Below are positions 54,334 to 64,000 of a DNA stretch of 64,000 nucleotides, piece by piece. This stretch comes from Octopus sinensis (taxonomy: Eukaryota). The stretch lies in assembly GCF_006345805.1 (NCBI RefSeq), contig NC_043005.1:42098001-42162000 (forward strand). The letters are read 5' to 3'. The position numbers were made by a program, and so were the translations under genes. The stretch's first letter is position 1. Every line of letters starts with the position of its first letter. Under the pieces are notes generated by a model. That model saw only the letters and a list, made by a program, of their open reading frames with translations, was not told where the DNA came from and made no database searches.

Positions 54334-54677
54334 AGAGAGACCAATTGAGTAAACCAATCAGTAATATAACTATAATGATTAGTGGAAACAGCTGTAAGCC
54401 ACATTTGCTCAAATAAAGGAATTATAGGTAAAGAACATTATTTTTAATTGGTTTCTTATATATCACTCTGTATAAACTAGTTTATCTGGAGCCCATCCAC
54501 GGATTTAAAATATAAAATTGGGATGAACAATAACCTGGAAGCCTATCAAAAGATTACTTGGAGTTTTTCATTAAGCTAAGTGATATAGTTAGCTTATGAA
54601 GTATTTTGCCCGGATTGATAATCCCGCCCTATTTTTTTCTATTTTTATATATAAATACATATATATATATATTATAT

Positions 54678-54716
<39 letters not shown>

Positions 54717-54900
54717 CTGTGTGTGGATAGATAGGTAGTTAGATAGATAGAAGATAGATAGATAGATGGATAGATATTGCGTGTGGAAAAAATAATTATA
54801 ATGAATTATTTTCAGAAGCAAATATTATTTATTGACTTTTGGAGAATTGCATCATTCCGGTTGAAATTTCTTGGATATATGAAAAAGATTAAATAACTCG

Positions 54901-55292
54901 TTTCTACTCTAGGTACAGGGCCCGAAATTTTGGGAAAGAGGGGCTAGCCGATTAGATCGACCCTAACATGCAACTGATACATAACGACCCCGAAAGGATG
55001 GAAGGTGAAGTCGACCTCGGCGGAATTTGAACTCAGAACGTAACGGCAGAAGAAATACCTATTTCTTTACTACCTACAAGGGGCTAAACAAAGAGAGTAC
55101 AAACAAGGACAGACAAACGGATTAAGTCGACTATATCGACCCCAGTGCGTAACTGGTACTTATTTAATCGACCCCGAAAAGATGAAAGGCAAAGTCGACC
55201 TCGGCGGAATTTGAACTCAGAACGTAGCGGCAGACGAAATACTGCTAAGCCTTTCCTCCGGCGTGGTAACGTTTCTGCCAGCTCGCCACCTT
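54901..55292 (-). mobile_element. Type M SINE dimer with two different tails
   Basis: Minus-strand junction AAAGAAATA|GGTATTTCTTCTGCC (~55050-55070), at the same register as the junction at 29921. Confidence 0.9.
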
Positions 55293-55699
55293 AGAGAGTA
55301 AATTACTCTATAATAGATTATCTGTGAGTGATATAGTCTTGGATTTCAATCGTTTTCCTTCTTTTTTTTCTTTTTTGACATGGAGGTTTTGTTTTTCTTT
55401 TATTCTTTATTCAGATTTGTATCAAGAATAACAGCATTAGTAGTAGTTGTAGCAACAACATCAGCGGCATTAATAGTAGGAATTGTAGTAGTAGTAGTAG
55501 TAGTAGTAGTAGCAGTAGTGTGATTAAATCGACGTTTTATTGAATTGTTATTTTGAACCCGCATTTGCTGTAAATTGTTAAACCTATTCTAGTATTTCTA
55601 ACAATGGTTACATAAATATTCAAAAGTTATCTATTATGAAGCCGCAGATTACAACCTCTTCATATATATATATATATATTATATATATATATATTATAT

Positions 55700-55735
<36 letters not shown>

Positions 55736-58700
55736 ATAGTGAGAGCTGTCTCTATTTTCTTTATAACCTATGTCAAAAGTTTTCTTTCCAATTTGTCTTG
55801 TGATAATGAGATATATTCCAGGTCAACTGTGGATTTACGAAGAATAATTTTCTCCGACGGAGAGTAACACCAATGATGATTTCCGGCTCATAATACAGAC
55901 ATTCATGTATTCATTATAACATATCATCGAAATACTTATGCATAATATAAGTATATTTGTTTCTGTGACTGAAAGAGTGGATGTTTCAAACGTCTGGAAT
56001 TTGTTGATTGATGCAGAATTCCGTATTATTTGTGCAGAGAAATAACTGACTTAATGAGAATGTGTATGAACGCGCGAGTGCAGCGGTGTTGATATATATA
56101 TATATATATATATTAAATTTCACTAAGCAACAACAAACAATATAAAAATATATATAAATAACATAATTAACAACGGAATTATAGCGAAAAAAGAAAACAT
56201 TAGATTCTATATGTGAACGTCGTGGTGGAGAAACAGTAAAAAGTAAAAACCATAAAATATTTTTATATCTTTAACAATTGCTGTAAAATTTTAAAATATA
56301 AATAGAACTTTTAGTGAAACTAGTTTCGGTGTAAAAATGAACAATACGTAAGATGAAAAAAATGTGTATTGTTATGCTTCAATTGAAAAGTGATAGCGGC
56401 ATGAATAGTTGGTGATTTGGAATGATGTGGCGCGCAGTTTAAGAATGTTTGAACACTTATGAAGCAGTGGACCGCGTCAATTTTACGACACTCAGCACTT
56501 GAAAAAAAAATTGAAAAGAACAAAAGCCAAGTAACAATAGTGTCATGGTTGAAACAAAATACCATTGAGTTTGCCGCTTGAAAACTAAAACAGCACGTTA
56601 GACACTTTGGCAGTGTACGAAGTTAACTCCATATAATGCTAGGAGATTGTGTAAAAAATGAATAAATCAACCAAACAGTAACTCGTTTGATGATGAGACA
56701 GTCTAAGCTAATTTTGGGGGTGACCATTTTGATAAAAATTGAAGTAAAGAAAAATTTGCATAAAATTTAAGTTCTTCAGGAAGCGGTTTGTTTTGATGAA
56801 AAAAAAAATCTTCATTATTTTACTGGGTCATTAGATTCTTTAATTAAAAAAATAATCGAATGAAAAGAAGAAGAAAAAGAAGAAGAAGAAAAGAAGAAAA
56901 TAATCAGCTTCAGTATTCATTAATTTTCTGCCATTTTTAGAAAAATATCGGTTCGAAAAATTGATTGGTACTACAGATTTAAGTTAGTGACCTGGTCTAA
57001 TGTTTTACAGGATAAATTTGAATTATAAAATATTCCTTACAATGCAGATTTAGTCATCAATATTTCTATATACCGTCAGATATCTAACGAAGTATCTCTA
57101 GATATTATAGTAATTATGTAAAAATTCATGGTTTTTGCAATAAAAAATATATTGTAATAAATTCCAACATTCGAACAATGGTGTTCTACTATAAAGAGCT
57201 TGAGCGTCGCTATGGGAATAGTTTAATGTAATATGTAAATTTAGTTTAGAAGACTGTGATGGATGACAGAATGATTGTGATTTATGTTGTATATTAAGGA
57301 CTGGCAAGATGATTGCTAATGATAGTATGACTAGCATCTATGTGGGATTCACTAAAGGTAACATTGTACAAAATAACAGAAGCTGAAAATATTTTGATGC
57401 AGAATACAGTGTAGAAGGTTTGCTCAGATTTCTAAGTAGCCAAAATGTCGCATTCCATCACTTGTAAGAAAGCATTCGGCTATCAAAGACCGAGTCATTT
57501 TGCGTGGATGTAGGATCCAGAGTGACGTAGTTTATCGCTTATACAAAAGACACGCTGACGTCTCTTTCATGAATTTATTTCCTAAGTTAAATGCCACCAG
57601 TTATTGCATTCTGTAAAGGGGTACTGGTTGACACACATCTCTTCTATATATCTAAGCACAACATGGGTGTGATCCATAATTTCTGAATCTCAGTAACGTA
57701 CATAATTTGTTTCGTTCTATATTTCTCTTCCATAAAATTTGACGTTATTCATTAGTAAGAAAATATTACTTTTTGAGTGGCAACATTTAAAATAAACTTT
57801 GAATTTTTATTTCTTTCGATAAATTCATGAACTTTAGTAAAGTCATTCTCTAAAGAAAAGGGCTGGTTTTCTAAATTTTCTGATTCGACCTTGCTCGGAG
57901 CCTGAACTCTTTGAATTCTTCGAGACATAACTATTGATTTTTCTCACGCCTTTCGGCAATAATAAATATTAATATAAAGAATTTAAATAAATGAAAAATG
58001 GATGACAAAGTAATTTATAGAAGTTCTTTCTCATCATAACTGTAAAGAATAAAATATTTTAAAGAAAGTTGAGGAGGTTCTAATTAAAATAAACTAAATT
58101 TTTAAGTGTTTTTAAGAAATTCTATAACGATGAATTTATAAGCATTCTTTAAATTTAAAAATGGTGAAAATTGTATGAATTCATTGACAATGATTGCTGG
58201 CTCATTTTGAAGAGAAATCCATTAAGCATTTACTAAAATGAGCCATGTAAGAATAAAATAGCTGGCCAGAAGTAACAGAACGAAAGTCTTTAATGTGCAG
58301 ATGAAAGAGTCGGTTAAAATATGGCGTACCTCTGTGTACCAGTGAGAAAATCTTCAGAGCACGAACGCTTTAACAGCAAGCTACTGGTCTGAGAGATGAA
58401 AGGCAGATAATGTCCATAAATAGATAACTTAGACGTTATGTTCATTGGTATGACAAACAAGTAGCTAAGTGTTTAACGACTACAACGATGCTGGTTACGA
58501 AAGGTTTTATTTTTTTATCCAGGACATTCACTAAATACTAGTAATCTCCAATAGACACAGCTTTATGTATTGTCAGTCACTAATGAAGGGGCAAAATAAA
58601 AACAGAAAAACACCTGCTATGCTACTGTCAACGTTAATGCGTTAGAGGTTGGGCATAGAACGCAGTTAGAAAAATGCTATTTCGGGAATGTGACACAACT

Positions 58701-58941
58701 CACAATTTCCATATACTCCATAGAACAATTGAAGAGTTCGACATGGATATGTACCAGCACTGGATTTCTCTTTGTTATTCAGAAGCCACATGCATTCATT
58801 CAAGTATTTATGTAGCTGAAGGACCTTTAAATCACTTATACTTTTGTTGTTGTGTTGGGCTGGTTGAATAGTTATCTAAATTTGTCGAAGCACCCTACCT
58901 AAATCATCATATCTTTCGACTTCCTCACAGCAAAAATATAC

Positions 58942-59270
58942 CTAACAAAGCTTGTCAATCCGCCCCGTGATCCCAGCGGATGCAATAGAATAGGCATTGC
59001 CCCAGAGGAATGGGAGGAAGACGCGCTGGAACAGTCACTCCGATTCACGGGGCTCGACGTTGAGGATACCGATCTCTGCACTAACAGCAGTGAAGAGGAA
59101 TGTCATCCGGGGGCCGAGAACGCCGGAGGTTTCCAACGTCACAGTCTGGAACACAAAACTGTCTGAGAGCTGCCGATACTTTGACAGTTTTTCCTTCTCA
59201 CCTTGACGAGAACCGGAGCCCGGGCTCGCAGCTGGACGCACCCAGTTGGTGCTGGAGGTGTTGATTGAAT
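58942..59270 (-). mobile_element. CRE-clade-like non-LTR retrotransposon, RLE C-terminal fragment
   Basis: ASPGSGSRQGEKEKLSKYRQLSDSFVFQTVTLETSGVLGP...EPRESE*LFQRVFLPFLWGNAYSI matches the pattern PG.AA..AE..K..KY..L...F.F.P...ET.G..G...EPR...WLFQR.S.A..RGNA; the W is mutated to TGA. Confidence 0.65.
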
Positions 59271-59458
59271 TGTTAGAGTGTTTAGAAAAACTGTATTGTG
59301 GTATTTGTTCAGGCACTTTACGTCCTGAGTTCAAATTTGGGTTTTAGTGCTTCGGCTTAGATAAAATAAGTACCACTTAAGCATTGGGGTCAATGTAGTC
59401 AAATTATCCTCCCCGACCCAAAATTTCTGACCTTATGCCAAAATTTGAAGCCATTCTT

Positions 59459-59462
<4 letters not shown>

Positions 59463-59491
<29 letters not shown>

Positions 59492-59596
59492 CTTCTTCTT
59501 CTTCTTCTTCTTCTTCTTCTTCTTCTTCTTCTTCTTCTTCTTCTTCTTCTTCTTCTTCTTTTCTTCTTCTCTTCTTCTTCTTCTCATTATTATTAA

Positions 59597-59635
<39 letters not shown>
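59463..59635. repeat. (CTT)n followed by (TTA)n microsatellite
   Basis: Directly visible. Confidence 0.95.
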
Positions 59636-59637
<2 letters not shown>

Positions 59638-59639
59638 TT

Positions 59640-59962
59640 TCTCAGATCGAGTAGCCCATCCCGTTCAAAAGATCCCTGAATAAGGGTGGCTTAAGGATGT
59701 TGAACGAAACACCCATGTTTCCAGAGGCAAATTATCCAAACCCCAAAGAATTCCTCTCAACACATGGCTATGATGCTCCCCCACTACTTCTGCTCGGATT
59801 AAGTCGATTATATGGAGCCCAGTGCGTAACTGGTACTTAATTTATCGACCACTAAAGGATGAAAGGCAAAGTCGACCTCGGCGGAATTTGAACACGGAAC
59901 GTAACGGCAGACGAAATACCGCTAAGCATTTTACCCCGCGTGCTAACGATTCCGCCAGCTCA
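59640..59962 (-). mobile_element. Internal fragment of the Dong family B UTR element (59640-59795) abutting a type M SINE (59797-59962)
   Basis: Homology to 48110-48260 and to other type M copies. Confidence 0.8.
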
Positions 59963-60087
59963 TTGTTGTTGTTGGTACTTGTAAACTACCAAAAATACCA
60001 GTCAAATAATAGGATTCATGTAATTGACTAACTCCCTTCCTTCGAAATCAGAAAGCATCATCATTAGCAGTTCAATATTAATTGTAA

Positions 60088-60473
60088 GGTGGAGGCGCAA
60101 TGGGCCAGTGGTTAGGGCAGCGGACTCGCGGTCATAGGATCACGGTTTCGATTCCCAGACCGGGCGTTGTGAGTGTTTATTGAGCGAAAACACCTAAAAG
60201 CTCCACGATGCTCCGGCAGGGGATGGTAGTGATCCCTGCTGTACTCTTTCACCACAACTTTCTCTTACTCTTACTTCCTGTTTCTGTTGTACCTGTATTT
60301 CAAAGGGCCGGCCTTGTCACTCTCTGTGTCACGCTGAATATCCCCGTGAACTACGTTAAGGGTACACGTGTCTGTGGAGTGCTCAGCCACTTACACGTTA
60401 ATTTCACGAGCAGGCTGTACCGTTGATCGGATCAACCGGAACCCTCATCGTCGTAACCGACGGAGTGCTTCCA
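60088..60473 (+). mobile_element. Chimeric SINE (type T head/core with type C2 tail) inserted as one unit
   Basis: 11-bp TSD ATTAATTGTAA at 60077-60087 and 60474-60484. Confidence 0.88.
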
Positions 60474-60929
60474 ATTAATTGTAAATTGTGAATATATTGG
60501 TATACGCTGCTGTTTTTTTTCTTAGATTTTATGTGTAAATATACAATGTACATGCTTCAAAACAGCAAATAATAAACCTACTATTAGTTATGTAAAACCG
60601 TATATGTGCGCGATAAAACACAAGTGAGCGTCTTTGCGTATTAATATACAAATTTGCTATGAGACACTGTCAAAAACAGACAGGCTGGTAAACTGCGTAT
60701 CAATTCCATGGAGGTTGTTCAAAATTAGAAATGGTACAATTGTTGTTGTCGATGTTGCTGCTGTCTAGCTTTGAATCTGAGGCGTAATTACGTTACTGAA
60801 TGATTTCTTAAAAAAAAAAATTTGGATCAAGTTTTAAATACTTACATCTTAAGCGATCTTATCAAGTATTTGTTGTGCTACATTGCAGTTGAGTTGCTTT
60901 ATAAAACATACATACATAATCCATATACA

Positions 60930-62290
<1,361 letters not shown>

Positions 62291-62611
62291 ATGTATATTT
62301 GGTCGTCTTTTCTCCATTTTTTTTTTTGCTCATGAAATGCTGGGCCACAGTGTATAGGCGCTGCTCTATGTTGTACATCGATCAGTTATAGTTATACCCG
62401 TTTCCTTCAAATGGTATCAAAGAAGTTGTATATCAGCCATTTATCTGCGCGGTGATATCTATTTTATTGGTCTTTAGTTATAAGTGGGGGGCTGACAGCA
62501 TCCGCCATTGGGGATGGTTAATGTGTGTGTCTGGCTAAAAGCGAGCGTGTTTTTATGTTGCATATACACATACATATACACACAATCTCACACACTCACA
62601 CGCACACCCGA

Positions 62612-62645
<34 letters not shown>

Positions 62646-62816
62646 CCATATATATCTTAATAGAGAAATATGTAATAAATAATGGGTTACTTTCCTCTGT
62701 AGATAGAAAGAGACTGACAAATTCATATAAAGCTTGCTAGCCACGTGACTAGGTAGTTAAATAGATAAATAGGTAGACGGACAGACAAACTGAGGAAGAG
62801 ACAGATAGCAGGTAGG

Positions 62817-62872
<56 letters not shown>

Positions 62873-63032
62873 ATGATGGATTGACAGATTGATTGACTGA
62901 CTGACTTATTTCAGAGCCTTCCTCATAACACCTGAATGTTACCCATAAATCTGTTACATGCTCAAAATATTAACTTATTGCATTCAGCAATACTGTATAG
63001 CTATACTATAAACTATACTTCCAAGTCATACC

Positions 63033-63265
63033 TATTTCTTTACTACTCACAAGGGGCTAAAGACAGAGGGGACAAACAAGGACAAACAAACGGATTAAGT
63101 CGATTATATCGACCCCGGTGCGTAACTAGTACTTATTTAATCGACCCCGAAAGGATGAAAGGTAAAGTCGACCTCGGCGGAATTTGAACTCAGAACGTAG
63201 CGACAGATGAAATACTGCTAAGCATTTCGCCCTGCGTGCTAACGATTCTGCCACCTCGCCGCCCT
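63033..63265 (-). mobile_element. Full-length type M SINE with 14-bp TSD
   Basis: TSD TTCCAAGTCATACC at 63019-63032 and 63266-63279. The element's 3' end ...GTAGTAAAGAAATA is followed by GGTATGACTTGGAA. Confidence 0.93.
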
Positions 63266-63759
63266 TTCCAAGTCATACCAACTGTGCTAACGGTGCCTTT
63301 GTGTCATGAGAGTTGTCTTGGTCGCCTTTATATCTTGTCTGGAGCCAATTAAGTACTTCGCATATGTGTTTCACGTGGTGAGACGAAGTTGTTAGTATTG
63401 AAATATGGACGGATGTCAAATTATTCTTTATAAATATAAATTTAGGATTGCTTTAAAATTATTAAACTTGTTCAACATCACAGCAAATGAAGAAAGATTA
63501 TATGAATATAAACGCTATTAAATCGACCAATTAAGAAAGAGATAAAGGCAAGATTTTAATTAACATATATTTTGGGAAGGAGTTTATATTTTTGAGTTTG
63601 TGGAAGTCTGTCTAAGAGTTTGAAACAGGAGGTGTTAAAAGTGATGAATATCCTTAAAGTATTCATTTTAGACATAATCTTAGTTGTTTTTCTATCTCAG
63701 CTGATATATTTTACATTATGTGCATCTGTATTCGAATAAAAATTCGTTAATGAATGAGT

Positions 63760-64000
63760 ATGGCTTAGTAGTTACGGTAGTCGGCTCACGATCGTAAGAG
63801 CGCGAGTTCGACTCCTCAGTGGCACGTTTTGTCTTTGAGCAAGATACTTTTTTTCATGCTGCTCCAGTCCAGCCAGCTGGCAAGAATTAATTGTTCCTGT
63901 ATTTCAAATGTCCAGCCTTTTCACATTCTGCGTCACGCTGAATCACGTGTCTGTGGCGTGCTCAGCCACTTGCACGGTAATTTGACGAGCAATCTATTCC
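63760..64000 (+). mobile_element. Type C2 SINE (runs off window end)
   Basis: GAGTTCGACTCC and TTTGTCTTTGAGCAAGATAC core, with C2 tail. Confidence 0.8.

Noticed and set aside
58931-59166. Plus-strand terminal-exon candidate KIYLTKLVNPPRDPSGCNRIGIAPEEWEEDALEQ...HKTV*
   Set aside because: It is the same-register antisense of the CRE-like RLE frame, which explains why it is open; no independent support.

Overview
AT-rich (roughly 35% GC by eye), repeat-saturated eukaryotic DNA. The tRNA-derived SINE families and the dense (TA)n/(TTA)n/(GATA)n microsatellites point to a coleoid cephalopod, most likely Octopus; this is inferred from family resemblance, not from a search. I could not identify any intact protein-coding gene. 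Almost all ORF-track entries are microsatellite translations or transposon debris. Supported contents: several R4/Dong-clade RLE retrotransposons, a short (TAA)n-embedded element built from a Dong 5' UTR, CR1/Jockey-like, RTE and CRE-like LINE fragments, two DD37D (maT) Tc1/mariner copies, a Buster/Charlie hAT relic and a hAT MITE, two non-autonomous Helitron copies, four SINE types, and one unique CpG island (~30.3-30.8 kb) resembling a bidirectional promoter. The most interesting items are a probable internally deleted non-autonomous Dong derivative, a SINE whose 3' junctions repeatedly fall at GGTAT (including inside itself), a near-perfect 176-bp inverted duplication and a ~640-bp (TA)n-centred palindrome. 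There is no CRISPR array or prokaryote-type system, and I found no evidence for a wholly new enzymatic system.
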